Source of the DNA: Rhodothermales bacterium
GTDB taxonomy: Bacteria > Bacteroidota > Rhodothermia > Rhodothermales > VXPQ01
Assembly (NCBI GenBank): GCA_022825385.1
Contig: JAJDWX010000033.1
Span: forward strand, 680 to 64,679
Length of the DNA: 64,000 bases
Direction of reading: 5' to 3'
The position numbers and the translations under genes are program-made. The notes beneath the pieces are model-generated. The model was given only the letters and a program-made list of their open reading frames with translations, did no database searches and was not told the origin of the DNA. Positions 49,311 to 59,130 of the stretch are shown in pieces. Each line of letters starts with the position of its first letter. The first letter of the stretch is position 1.

Positions 49311-49359
49311 CCTTAATTATTTAACCTCCAGATTCCCCCGCCTAAATAATTTAACCGCC
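49311..49359. repeat. two AT-rich motif copies related to 22336-22357
   Basis: CCTTAATTATTTAACCT (49311-49327) is the exact reverse complement of 22336-22352. The reverse complement of 49335-49359 matches GGTTAAATAATTAAGGCGGGG (22337-22357) at 19/21 positions. Confidence 0.8.
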
Positions 49360-49397
49360 TCCTGAAAACGCCTTTCCGTCGTTGCATAAAAGAAGGA

Positions 49398-50666
49398 TCA
49401 AGCGGCTTCCCCGTCCAGGTGCGCGCAGAGGATATGGGCCATGAGGGCGGCGGCGGGGGCCAGGGCGCTTTCGTCTATGTCGAAGCGGGCGTTGTGCAGA
49501 GGCCAGGCCGTTTCGGGACCGGAACATGTGCCTGCCCGAACCAACAAGCCCGGCGCTTTTTCGAGGTAATGTCCAAAGTCTTCCGAACCCATGCTGGGGA
49601 GGGGAATGGGCAAGACGGCCTCGGCTCCATAGAGCGACTGGATAACCGAAGCCGCGCGCCGGGCAAGATCGGCGTCGTTGCGCACGGCAGGCGCTCCACG
49701 CAGGAGGTCGATGTCCGCCTCGGCTCCGTGCAGGCGGGCCAATTCCCGGGCCATGCGCTCGACCCGGCTCCGGATGGATGCGCGCTCGTCCGGGTCCGTG
49801 GTGCGAATCGTGCCCCCGAATTCCGCCTGTTCCGGAATCACATTGTACGCATCCCCTGCGCGAAACCGGCAAATGGTCAGGACCGACGCCTTGCGCGCAT
49901 CCGAAAAACGCCCAATAAGCTGATAAAGCGCCTGGATAATCTGGCTGGCTACCCAAACGGTGTCCACCGTTTCGTGGGGCCGCGCCGAATGCCCGGTTCC
50001 GGGCGCCTTGACCGTAATGGAAAACCGGTCCGTAGACGACGTAATCGCGCCTTCCTGCACCCCGTACGCGCCCACGGGCAGCGTGGGGTCCACATGGATG
50101 GCGTAAATGCCTTGCACCCCGTCCAGCGCGCCGTCGCGAATCATATCCACCGCGCCCCCGGGCGCCCCTTCCTCGTCCGGCTGGAACAGTACGCGCGCCG
50201 TACCCCGAAGCCGCGCCCGATTGCGATGCAGAATAAGCGCCACGCCAATCCCGACCGCCGTATGCGCGTCGTGTCCGCAAAGATGGGCGAACCCCGGACG
50301 CTCCGAAGCATATTCCACGGATTTGGCGTCCTGAATGGGCAGGGCGTCCATATCCGCCCGATACGCAAGCACGGGCCCATCTTCCGCCCCCCGAATATCT
50401 GCGTAGAGGCCGGTGGTCGCCAGCGGGCCCGTAACGACCAGTCCGTGCCGCTCCAGTACGTCGCGCGCGAACGCGCTGGTCTCGCGCTCCTCGAAACCCG
50501 GTTCGGGATGGCGATGGATCCAGCGCCGTACGTCGCGCAAGAACGCCGCGAATTCCTCGGGCGGCGGCGCGCTTTCCGGCGCCCCGGAAGGCCCGTTCAG
50601 GACGGGAATATCCGTTATGACGCGCAGGGGTTTCAAACCATTCCGCTGCGTTTGCGGAAAAACCAT
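49398..50666 (-). CDS. M20-family amidohydrolase (N-acyl-amino acid amidohydrolase/hippuricase type)
   Basis: RRWIHRHPEPGFEE, CGHDAHT and QPDEEG motifs. 422 aa. Confidence 0.88.
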   Translation of the reverse strand: MVFPQTQRNGLKPLRVITDIPVLNGPSGAPESAPPPEEFAAFLRDVRRWIHRHPEPGFEERETSAFARDVLERHGLVVTGPLATTGLYADIRGAEDGPVLAYRADMDALPIQDAKSVEYASERPGFAHLCGHDAHTAVGIGVALILHRNRARLRGTARVLFQPDEEGAPGGAVDMIRDGALDGVQGIYAIHVDPTLPVGAYGVQEGAITSSTDRFSITVKAPGTGHSARPHETVDTVWVASQIIQALYQLIGRFSDARKASVLTICRFRAGDAYNVIPEQAEFGGTIRTTDPDERASIRSRVERMARELARLHGAEADIDLLRGAPAVRNDADLARRAASVIQSLYGAEAVLPIPLPSMGSEDFGHYLEKAPGLLVRAGTCSGPETAWPLHNARFDIDESALAPAAALMAHILCAHLDGEAA

Positions 50667-52798
50667 TCTGCGCCGAGCAGCGCGACGACAAGCAATAAAA
50701 ACGAAAAATGCGTACGCAAATCTTCCTCTGTCGTACTTGATACGGTCCGGGCGGCGCCTTCCAGCGAGGCGGAGAGGGCCTCGGTAAACGCCTCCGGGCG
50801 GTCCGGGTCCAGCGCCGCGCCGCCCGAACGGCGGGCAATCTGGCGCATCAGGATGGCGTCCGCGCCCGGTTGCCGGTATTCCAGCGTCAGGGAACCCACG
50901 GCGAACGCGCCGCGGTCCGACCCCAGCGTCTCTTCTCCCCGGTAGGCCGTGGCTGTCCAGGCGTACGTCCCTTCCGGCAACGGCCCGGCGTCCAGCGCGT
51001 ACCGCCCGTTCCCGACCCCGCGCATAAGATACGGAAACTCTGCGCCATCGGGCGAAACCAGTTTGATCTCTATCGTGGCGTCCGGGGCGGGATTAAAACT
51101 TTCGTCGTACGCCTGACCCGAAAATTGCACCGCTTCTCCACCCCCGAAAACATCCCGAACAGGTTGTACGCGCACAGGACGGTCGTCTTCCAGCGCCGTG
51201 AGCCACTGAATGATATTTGCAAAGAAGGTTTCCGACACGGATTCGTACGCGGCCAAATCCTCTGGCAGGTTCTGCCATCGCCACGTACCCGCGCCGAGGA
51301 GGGCAGCGCTGCGATGGCGGGCGCGGCGCCGAACAACCAGCAAGGGCTCCGGCAAATCGACGCCGCGGACGGACGCCGTAGCCAGCACCTCGGCATCGGC
51401 AGCGGGGGCCCATTGGGTCCGGCTGTATTCCAGCGGGGGCAGGGCGCGCCATGCGTCCGGGTCTACGCCGGGAATACGCAGGATCGGGTGGCGGTTCCCC
51501 GACGGCGTAGCGTGGAGCGCGGCTTCTGTAAAATCCTCCCGAATCCGAACGGCCTGGACCGGCAACGCCGCATCGGACAACAAGCCCGACCGGGCAATGG
51601 AGCCGCCCGCCGCAAGCAAAAACAACAGGGGAACCCCCTCGCGGGCCGCCTCGTCGATTCGCTGAACGATGGCGGCGTCGGCCACCCGACCGGGATACCC
51701 CGCCAGCACGATGGCGTCGAAATCCGTCAGCGAAGCCGGAAACGCGCCCTCGTAGAAAGCCCCCTCGCTTTTTTGCACGAACGGGACCACTTCGAAGGCC
51801 TCGTTTCGGGCAAGGATCCTTCGGACGGCCGCGACGTCCGGGCCGGGCGCGGCGGCCACGAACAGCATGCGGCGCCTGGAAGAAAGTACGCGCACGGCCA
51901 GCGATTCCCGGTTATTGCGGTGCGTTATTTCTTCGGGCAGTTCCGTCACGGCCACCGCGTAGCGCCGCAAGCCTTCCGATTCGGGGGTTACGGACAACTC
52001 GGCGACGATTTCCGTATTGCCCGGCGGAATTTCGAGCGCGCGGGAAGCGACGACTTGCCCGTTTTCGGCAAGGGATACGGTAATCCGGCGCCCGCCGAGG
52101 CCCTCAGCCCGGATCCCCACCTCGACCGGCAGTTCGGCCCCCGCATAGGCTACTTCATTGGTAAGCACGCGCTGTATCCGAATATCCTGACGCCGCAAGG
52201 TATCGCCTGCGATGACCGTAAACACCGGCGCCGGATAGCGTTCGGACACGTACAGCGGGTTGCGGCCCGTATTGTAGCGGCCGTCGGACACAAGCACTAC
52301 GGCGCGCAAGTTATCGTCTCGCCAGCGCTCCTCGACAGAAACGAGGGCCTGTGCGATATTCGTCCGAAAAGCCGCCAGCCCAAGCGAATCTGCGTCGAAA
52401 CGAGCGAAAGAAGTCCCCTCGATGTCCGCCCCGAAGCGCACGTACTGCACCTCGGCTCCCTGCGCCGCGGAGGGCGCATGCCGGAGCAGGTCCCGAATGC
52501 GCGCCTGCGCACCGGCAAGCGACGTATCCGAGGCGGACGCAAGGCGCAAACTGGCGCTGTCGTCCAGCAGCACGACGACCACGGGCTCCCTTTCGTCCTG
52601 TCGGACAAGACGCAGCACGGGATCGAGCAGAAGGAGCAGAATAAAAAAGAGCGCCCCGAACCGCAGCCCGCCAAGCGCAATCCGCTTGGCCCTGGGCAGC
52701 GCAGGCGTCGTGCGGCGATAAAACCATGCGGCGGCCGCGCCCGCCGCAAGCAGGGACGCCGCAAGCAGCCATGGATTTATGCCGAGGGAAAGAGACAT
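50633..52798 (-). CDS. large membrane protein with N-terminal double-TM (BatA-N-like) segment, vWA-like region and C-terminal TM anchor
   Basis: N-terminus INPWLLAASLLAAGAAAAWFYRR..LGGLRFGALFFILLLLL, then VVVLLDDSASL. C-terminus FSFLLLVVALLGAEWFFRKR. Function unknown. Confidence 0.65.
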   Translation of the reverse strand: MSLSLGINPWLLAASLLAAGAAAAWFYRRTTPALPRAKRIALGGLRFGALFFILLLLLDPVLRLVRQDEREPVVVVLLDDSASLRLASASDTSLAGAQARIRDLLRHAPSAAQGAEVQYVRFGADIEGTSFARFDADSLGLAAFRTNIAQALVSVEERWRDDNLRAVVLVSDGRYNTGRNPLYVSERYPAPVFTVIAGDTLRRQDIRIQRVLTNEVAYAGAELPVEVGIRAEGLGGRRITVSLAENGQVVASRALEIPPGNTEIVAELSVTPESEGLRRYAVAVTELPEEITHRNNRESLAVRVLSSRRRMLFVAAAPGPDVAAVRRILARNEAFEVVPFVQKSEGAFYEGAFPASLTDFDAIVLAGYPGRVADAAIVQRIDEAAREGVPLLFLLAAGGSIARSGLLSDAALPVQAVRIREDFTEAALHATPSGNRHPILRIPGVDPDAWRALPPLEYSRTQWAPAADAEVLATASVRGVDLPEPLLVVRRRARHRSAALLGAGTWRWQNLPEDLAAYESVSETFFANIIQWLTALEDDRPVRVQPVRDVFGGGEAVQFSGQAYDESFNPAPDATIEIKLVSPDGAEFPYLMRGVGNGRYALDAGPLPEGTYAWTATAYRGEETLGSDRGAFAVGSLTLEYRQPGADAILMRQIARRSGGAALDPDRPEAFTEALSASLEGAARTVSSTTEEDLRTHFSFLLLVVALLGAEWFFRKRSGMV

Positions 52799-52826
52799 GG
52801 GGGCAGGGGAATGAACGATTTTCTAA

Positions 52827-53081
52827 GGATACTCTGATTAAATCCGCGAAGCTCAGAGGCTGCGAGGGGTGCGCTGGCAAGGAATGACGAAGCAGCGTGG
52901 CAGGTCCCACGTAATGAGGAATGACACAGCCAGCGTGCCCCTCACAGCCTCCCGAAGGGCGCGTCACGTCCCCTGCCACTCGAATCTACGGTGTTTTCTG
53001 CTGATTTCTAACGATACAAGCATAACACCCTTGACATGCGACAGTGACGCGCTGAGCGAAGCGGCTTTGATCAGAGTATCC
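52827..53081 (+). mobile_element. MITE-like / structured repeat element, copy B (255 bp)
   Basis: Same termini and TA flanks as copy A. 21 differences over ~257 aligned columns. Confidence 0.6.
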
Positions 53082-54038
53082 CTAAAGATAGGGCATGATC
53101 AACCAGCCAACCCACGCCAGAAAGCCGCCGAGCAGCAACGCCCCCTCCCGGCGCCCGACCCGCCGCCGGAACCGGAAAACAGGCCATAGCGCCAGGCCGA
53201 ACGCAAGCATGACCGGAAAATGCGCCGTGAGCAGGTTCGCGTCTACCTGCAAGGGATGGAACAGGGAAATCGGCCCCACCACGAACAACACGTTCAGGAT
53301 GTTGCTGCCCAGCACATTGCCTATGGAAAGTTCCGCCTGCCCCTTGAGCGCGCCCACCACAGACGTAGCCAATTCGGGCAAACTGGTGCCGAACGCAACG
53401 ACCGTCAATCCGACGATGGCGGGAGAAACGCCAAGCAGGTCGGCGATACGCACGGCGGACTCCACCATGGTCCAGGAACCAAGCGCAAGCATCGTGACGC
53501 CCGCAGCAAGGAACACCCATTTTCGGCCCGCGGCTTCCCGGGACGCAGCGGCCTCCGCCAGCGCCGCCTCCGATGCGCGCCCGCCAACGCCGTACCCGCC
53601 TTGCCGCGCGACGAGCGCAACGAAAACGACCAGCAAAATCGCCAGCGCGGCGCCGTCGAGCCGACTGATCGTTCCATCCAGCGCCGCCAGGTAAAAAACG
53701 ATGAGCGCAAGCATCATGGCGGGGTATCCCTTCGTAAGCACTTCCCGCACTGCGACGAGCGGCAGCACCAGCCCGCTTGCGCCCAGAACCAGCGCCATGT
53801 TGCAAATGTTCGAACCGGTTATATTCCCCAGGGCCAGGCCGTCTTCCCGGGAAACCGCCGCGAACAGGTTGAATACGAATTCGGGCATGGAGGTGCCGAA
53901 CGCCACCACGGTGCCGCCCACCATCAGCGGATGCACGCTGTATTCGCGCACCAGCCCCGCGGCGCCCTTCAGCAACCATTCGGCTCCGAAATAAACCAGG
54001 ACAAGACCCAGCGTAAAAAGAAAAAACGAAATAGACAT
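53082..54038 (-). CDS. calcium/sodium antiporter (CaCA / YrbG family)
   Basis: Start moved to ATG 54038. Two alpha-repeat motifs, LGNITGSNICN and IGNVLGSNILN. 318 aa. Confidence 0.88.
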   Translation of the reverse strand: MSISFFLFTLGLVLVYFGAEWLLKGAAGLVREYSVHPLMVGGTVVAFGTSMPEFVFNLFAAVSREDGLALGNITGSNICNMALVLGASGLVLPLVAVREVLTKGYPAMMLALIVFYLAALDGTISRLDGAALAILLVVFVALVARQGGYGVGGRASEAALAEAAASREAAGRKWVFLAAGVTMLALGSWTMVESAVRIADLLGVSPAIVGLTVVAFGTSLPELATSVVGALKGQAELSIGNVLGSNILNVLFVVGPISLFHPLQVDANLLTAHFPVMLAFGLALWPVFRFRRRVGRREGALLLGGFLAWVGWLIMPYL

Positions 54039-54170
54039 GCAAAAGCGAGGAGACGAACTTCCGGGTGCGTAGCGCGACGGATTTTTCCGTAATTTTAGCG
54101 AATTGGACGCGCCATGGTCCAATCTCGATCCTGATTAGCGCAATATGGACAGCGTCAGGGTACGCTGACC

Positions 54171-54254
54171 GCCGGGATGGCGGAACGGTAGACGCAACGG
54201 ACTTAAAATCCGTTGGAGCGATGCTCCGTGCGGGTTCGAATCCCGCTCCCGGTA
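54171..54254 (+). tRNA. tRNA-Leu (anticodon UAA)
   Basis: Cloverleaf by hand. Acceptor GCCGGGA/TCCCGGT (G1-U72), D arm GCGG..CGC, anticodon stem ACGGA/TCCGT with loop CTTAAAA, long variable arm GGAGCGATGCTCC, T arm GCGGG-TTCGAAT-CCCGC, discriminator A. No encoded CCA. Confidence 0.93.
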
Positions 54255-54311
54255 CGAATCACGTAAAATTACGCGTAAATCCACTGGCCTGCGCACAATC
54301 GCATCGTACGC

Positions 54312-55412
54312 ATGACGCGGCGCATCGTACTTAAAATAGGAACCAGCGTGCTTACGGGGGGCACCCGAAAGCTTGATCATGACCGCATGTTCGAGATCGT
54401 TCGGCAATGCGCCGCGCTCCACGAGGAAGGGTACGAGCTGATCGTATGCACGTCGGGCGCCATCGCCGCCGGAAGCGAGCGGCTTCGCATGACCCGGCAA
54501 CCGGATTCGCTGGCCGAAAAACAAATGCTGGCCGCCGTCGGCCAAAGCAGGCTCATGGAAATCTGGGAGCAACTTTTCACCCGGTTCCACATCCATGTCG
54601 GGCAAATGCTGCTCACGCGGGCGGACGTGGAGGACCGCCGCCGCTTCCTGAACGCCCGCGATACGCTCAGCGCCCTGCTCGAACATCGAATCGTCCCGGT
54701 GATCAACGAGAACGACGCCGTAACCACCGCCGAGATTCGCGTAGGGGACAACGACAACCTGTCCGCTTTGTGCGTATTGCTTGCCGAGGCGGATTTGCTG
54801 ATTCTGCTGAGCGACCAGCCGGGTCTGTTCACGGCAGACCCCCGAACCGATCCAAACGCCGAACTCATTGCAGAGGTGCGGCGCATCGACGCCGATTTGC
54901 ACGCCGTAGCCGGAGAAAGCAAGTCCGGCCTGGGCGTGGGCGGCATGAAAACGAAACTGGACGCGGCGGATATGGCCCGGCGCGCCGGCGCCTGCGTAGT
55001 GATTGCGGCGGGGGACGCCCCGGAGGCCATCCGGCGGATCGTGGCGGGAGAGCGTATCGGCACCCGCTTCCCGGCGCTCGACGTCCCGGTAGAAAATCGT
55101 AAACGGTGGATACTGGGCGGGGCGAACGCAGCGGGGGCCGTGGCGATCGACCAGGGGGCCGCCGCTGCGTTGGCGGGCGGAGGAGGCAGCCTGTTGCCCG
55201 CAGGAATCATTCGCGTAGACGGATCGTTCGAGCGGGGCGACGTGGTGCAGATTACGGCAGCCGACCGAACGAACCTGGGCCGGGGCGTCGTGCGGTACGA
55301 CAGCGCCGACGTGGGCCGCATCCGGGGCCTGCAATCCGATCGCATCCGCGAAACGCTGGGGTACGCCTACGGCCCCGTCGTCATTCACCGAGACGACCTG
55401 ATCCTGATCTGA
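54312..55412 (+). CDS. proB: glutamate 5-kinase with PUA domain
   Basis: IVLKIGTSVLT, VCTSGAIAAG and VGDNDNLSA motifs. 366 aa. Confidence 0.95.
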   Translation: MTRRIVLKIGTSVLTGGTRKLDHDRMFEIVRQCAALHEEGYELIVCTSGAIAAGSERLRMTRQPDSLAEKQMLAAVGQSRLMEIWEQLFTRFHIHVGQMLLTRADVEDRRRFLNARDTLSALLEHRIVPVINENDAVTTAEIRVGDNDNLSALCVLLAEADLLILLSDQPGLFTADPRTDPNAELIAEVRRIDADLHAVAGESKSGLGVGGMKTKLDAADMARRAGACVVIAAGDAPEAIRRIVAGERIGTRFPALDVPVENRKRWILGGANAAGAVAIDQGAAAALAGGGGSLLPAGIIRVDGSFERGDVVQITAADRTNLGRGVVRYDSADVGRIRGLQSDRIRETLGYAYGPVVIHRDDLILI

Positions 55413-55515
55413 CCATATTTATTGCGCGAACGCGCGCGCATGAACGCCGCCGGCCTTGTCCGCCCGCCGCAACATGACCCGAACGATTTCCATGCTTGTC
55501 GAAGAAACCATTTCC

Positions 55516-56769
55516 ATGCAGAAAATGGGGGAGCAGGCCCGCGCCGCAAGCCGCGCGCTGGCGACCCTTGGCACAGGGGCGAAAAACGCCGCGCTGGCCG
55601 CTATCGCCGACGAACTGGCGTCCGCCTCGGCAACGATTCTCCGGGAAAACGCGCTGGATATAGGAGACGGACGGGAGGCCGGGTTGTCCGAGGCGATTCT
55701 CGACCGTCTGTTGCTCGACGAAGAACGCCTCGCCGCGCTGGCGCGCGACGTCCGCTCCGTGATTGACCTGCCGGACCCGGTCGGCGTCGAGTTCGGAAGC
55801 CGCATGCTCCCGAACGGGATGCGACTCCTCAAGCGCCGAATCCCGCTGGGCGTGGTGGGCGTCGTCTACGAAGCCCGTCCCAACGTAACCATCGACATTG
55901 CCTCGCTGTGCCTGAAAACAAGCAATGCAACGATCCTGCGCGGCGGCAAGGAAACCCTGCGAAGCAATCTGGCCCTCGTCGCCGCCATCCGGGAAGCCCT
56001 GAAAAAAACAGGCATACCGCCCGACGTCGTGCAATACGTAGGCGATCCCGACCGCGGCCTCGTCGAGCAATTGTTGCGCCTGGACAAGTATGTCGATATG
56101 ATCGTGCCGCGCGGCGGGGCGGGCTTGCACCGGCTATGCCTGGAAAAAAGCACCATCCCTGTCATTACGGGCGGCATGGGCGTGTGTCACATTTTCGTGG
56201 ACGAATCGGCGGACCTCGAGAGGGCAGAGGACATCGTGGAAAACGCCAAGGTGCAGCGTCCGAGCGTCTGCAACGCGCTGGACACGCTGCTCTTGCACCG
56301 GAACGTCGCCGACGCGTTTCTGCCGCCGCTGGCGAAGCGCCTCGGCGCGCAGGGCGTCGCCTTCCGCGCCGACCCGGAAGCGCTGCGCATCCTCGAACGG
56401 ACCGGGGGCCTGGCGTGCGCCGCCGCCGGACCGGACGATTTCGACCAGGAATGGCTGTCGCTCACCCTCGGCGTTCGTATCGTGGACGGCGTGGAAGACG
56501 CCATAGAACATATACAACGCCACGGAACGGCCCACTCGGACAGCATCCTGACCAACGACTGGGCGCGCGCAAACATCTTCGTGGACCGCATCGACTCCGC
56601 GGCGGTGTTCGTAAACGCCAGTACGCGGTTTTCGGACGGCGGACAGTTTGGCCTGGGCGCAGAAGTGGCCGTCAGCACACAGAAACTGCATGCCCGCGGC
56701 CCCATGGGCCTGGAGGAACTCACCAGTTACAAATGGATCGGCGTCGGCCAGGGACACATTCGCGCCTGA
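55516..56769 (+). CDS. proA: glutamate-5-semialdehyde dehydrogenase
   Basis: [15 protein letters not shown] aligns with the E. coli ProA N-terminus (MLEQMGIAAKQAS) and gives 417 aa. Catalytic-Cys region [11 protein letters not shown]. Alternative upstream starts at 55456 (TTG), 55474 and 55492. Confidence 0.92.
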   Translation: MQKMGEQARAASRALATLGTGAKNAALAAIADELASASATILRENALDIGDGREAGLSEAILDRLLLDEERLAALARDVRSVIDLPDPVGVEFGSRMLPNGMRLLKRRIPLGVVGVVYEARPNVTIDIASLCLKTSNATILRGGKETLRSNLALVAAIREALKKTGIPPDVVQYVGDPDRGLVEQLLRLDKYVDMIVPRGGAGLHRLCLEKSTIPVITGGMGVCHIFVDESADLERAEDIVENAKVQRPSVCNALDTLLLHRNVADAFLPPLAKRLGAQGVAFRADPEALRILERTGGLACAAAGPDDFDQEWLSLTLGVRIVDGVEDAIEHIQRHGTAHSDSILTNDWARANIFVDRIDSAAVFVNASTRFSDGGQFGLGAEVAVSTQKLHARGPMGLEELTSYKWIGVGQGHIRA

Positions 56770-56774
56770 CGCGC

Positions 56775-57200
56775 CTAACCCGCCTGAAGCGTGGCGACAA
56801 GCGCGATGTTCGCCCCCGCAAACAACTTCGATACCGGACAATTAGACTTCGCCGCCTCGGCCATCTCCAGAAACGTGGCTTCGTCGATATCCGGCACGTC
56901 ACCCTGGATCGTAAGGTCGATCTGCGAAATGCCGGGGCCCGCATCCGTTATCGTCAGATGCACCCTGGCCGCGGCATGCACTTGCCTGGGCGCATAGCCC
57001 GCGTTCGCCAGATCGTTCGAAAACGCCATGGCAACGCATCCTGCGTGGGCGGCGGCCAGCAGTTCTTCGGGATTCGTTCCGGCGCCTTGCTCGAAACGGG
57101 AAGCGAAGGAGTAGGGGACTTGCTCGCCCAGCACCGTTACCTGGCCTTCGCCCTGTTTCAGATTGCCTTTCCAGATTGCTTCGGCTGTACGTACTTGCAT
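56775..57200 (-). CDS. osmC: OsmC-family peroxiredoxin
   Basis: 141 aa. Conserved Cys contexts AHAGCVAM and KSNCPVSK. Confidence 0.9.
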   Translation of the reverse strand: MQVRTAEAIWKGNLKQGEGQVTVLGEQVPYSFASRFEQGAGTNPEELLAAAHAGCVAMAFSNDLANAGYAPRQVHAAARVHLTITDAGPGISQIDLTIQGDVPDIDEATFLEMAEAAKSNCPVSKLFAGANIALVATLQAG

Positions 57201-57301
57201 GGTCGTTAAGGGAATGTTTCGATGGATATAGCGTTTGGAATGCGCAATATACGCACTGCCGATAAATTCGGAAAAAACATCCTGCCGTAACCACTTTATC
57301 C

Positions 57302-59098
57302 ATGTCCGATTATCTCATGTCCGAAAAAAAGACCGGAGCCGAAAATGTCCGCTGGAATCTTGCCGACCTGTATCCGTCGGAAGAAGCCCTGCGCCAGGAC
57401 CTTGCGCAAGCGTCGGACGACGCAGAAGCCTTCAGGGCCGCCTGGCGAGGCAAGGTCGCGGGCCTCGCGCCGGCGGCAATGGCCGAAGCGCTGGCGCAGC
57501 TGGAAACCATCCAGGACCGCGCAGGGAAGGCGTACGCCTACGCTTTTTTGCAATGGGCCACGGATACCGGCGACGAACGGCGGGGTGCCTTGCTCCAGCA
57601 TGTCCGCGAGGCCTATACCCGCGCCATGCAGCAACTCATTTTTTTCGGACTGGAATGGTGCCAGGCGGACGACGAACAGGCCGCCCGCCTCGTCGCTTCC
57701 GGGGCATTGGCCGGGTATCGGCATTACCTCGAAGTGCAACGAGCGCAGCGGGATTATCTCCTCACCGAGCCGGAAGAGAAAATAATGGCCGAGAAGGCCG
57801 TAACGGGACGCAGTGCCTGGAACCGCTTCTTCGACGAACTGCTGGGCGGCGTCCGCTTCCGCCTCGACGGAGAAGAAAAAACCGAGCAGGAAGTCCTGTC
57901 CATGCTGCACGAACCGGATCGCGCGCTGCGCCGACGGGCCGCCCTCGGCCTGACAGAAGGATTGGCGGCGCATAGCCGTACGCTGGCTTCTGTATTCAAT
58001 GCCATCCTTGCGGACAAGGCCGTAGACGACCGGCTTCGCGGCTACGCCACCTGGCTCTCCGACCGGAATTTGTCCAACGAGGTCCAGAACGAAACCGTGG
58101 AGGCGCTCGTTGAAGCCGTCGTCTCGAAATACGATCTCGTGGCCCGGTTCTACGAACTGAAGCGCCAATTGCTCGGATACGACGAACTGTTCGACTACGA
58201 CCGGTACGCTCCGGTGGGAGAATCCGACCGGGAATATACGTGGGCCGAGGCGCGCGACGTCGTGCGGGCCGCCTGCCACGGATTCCATCCCCGCATGGGG
58301 GCCGTCGCCGACCTTTTCTTCGACCGCCGCTGGATCGACGCGCCGCCCGCCCCCGGCAAGCGCGGCGGGGCCTTCAGCCACGGCGTCGTGCCCAGCGCGC
58401 ACCCGTACATTCTCCTGAATTTTGCGGGAAAACCGCGCGACGTGCAAACGCTGGCGCACGAACTGGGCCACGGCGTACATCAATATCTGTCGAGAAAACA
58501 GGGCGCGCTGCAAGCCGACACGCCGCTGACGACCGCCGAAACCGCCTCTGTCTTCGGCGAAATGCTCACCTTCCGGGAAATGCTTGCGCGCGAGGAAAAT
58601 CCCGCCAACCGGCTTGCCCTGCTCGTCGGCAAAATCGACGACACGATGGCCACCGTATTCCGGCAAATCGCCATGAACCGGTTCGAGGAGGCCATCCACA
58701 CGGAGCGGCGCGAACACGGAGAATTGGGCGTCGACCGGTTCGGCGACCTCTGGATGCAAACCCAGGAGGCCATGTTCGCGGACAGCGTGACGCTCGGCGA
58801 GCATTACCGGCGCTGGTGGAGCTACATTCCCCATTTTCTGCATACGCCGGGCTATGTGTACGCCTATGCTTTCGGCGAATTGCTGGCGCTGGCGCTGTAC
58901 GCCCGGTACCTTGCCGAGCCGGAAGATTTTCCGGTCCGATACCTCGCCCTGCTGGAGGCCGGCGGCTCGGACTGGCCGCACGCGCTGGTCGCCAGGGCGG
59001 GAGTAGACCTGCAAGACCCCGGCCTGTGGAGAGACGGCCTGGCGGCCATCGAAACATGGATTGCGGAAGCGGAAACGCTGGCCCAAACGCTCGCGTAG
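57302..59098 (+). CDS. pepF: M3B-family oligoendopeptidase F
   Basis: HELGHGVH zinc motif. 598 aa. Confidence 0.9.
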   Translation: MSDYLMSEKKTGAENVRWNLADLYPSEEALRQDLAQASDDAEAFRAAWRGKVAGLAPAAMAEALAQLETIQDRAGKAYAYAFLQWATDTGDERRGALLQHVREAYTRAMQQLIFFGLEWCQADDEQAARLVASGALAGYRHYLEVQRAQRDYLLTEPEEKIMAEKAVTGRSAWNRFFDELLGGVRFRLDGEEKTEQEVLSMLHEPDRALRRRAALGLTEGLAAHSRTLASVFNAILADKAVDDRLRGYATWLSDRNLSNEVQNETVEALVEAVVSKYDLVARFYELKRQLLGYDELFDYDRYAPVGESDREYTWAEARDVVRAACHGFHPRMGAVADLFFDRRWIDAPPAPGKRGGAFSHGVVPSAHPYILLNFAGKPRDVQTLAHELGHGVHQYLSRKQGALQADTPLTTAETASVFGEMLTFREMLAREENPANRLALLVGKIDDTMATVFRQIAMNRFEEAIHTERREHGELGVDRFGDLWMQTQEAMFADSVTLGEHYRRWWSYIPHFLHTPGYVYAYAFGELLALALYARYLAEPEDFPVRYLALLEAGGSDWPHALVARAGVDLQDPGLWRDGLAAIETWIAEAETLAQTLA

Positions 59099-59130
59099 TC
59101 CAGACTGCCGACGGAAACCTCCGCCTGCGG

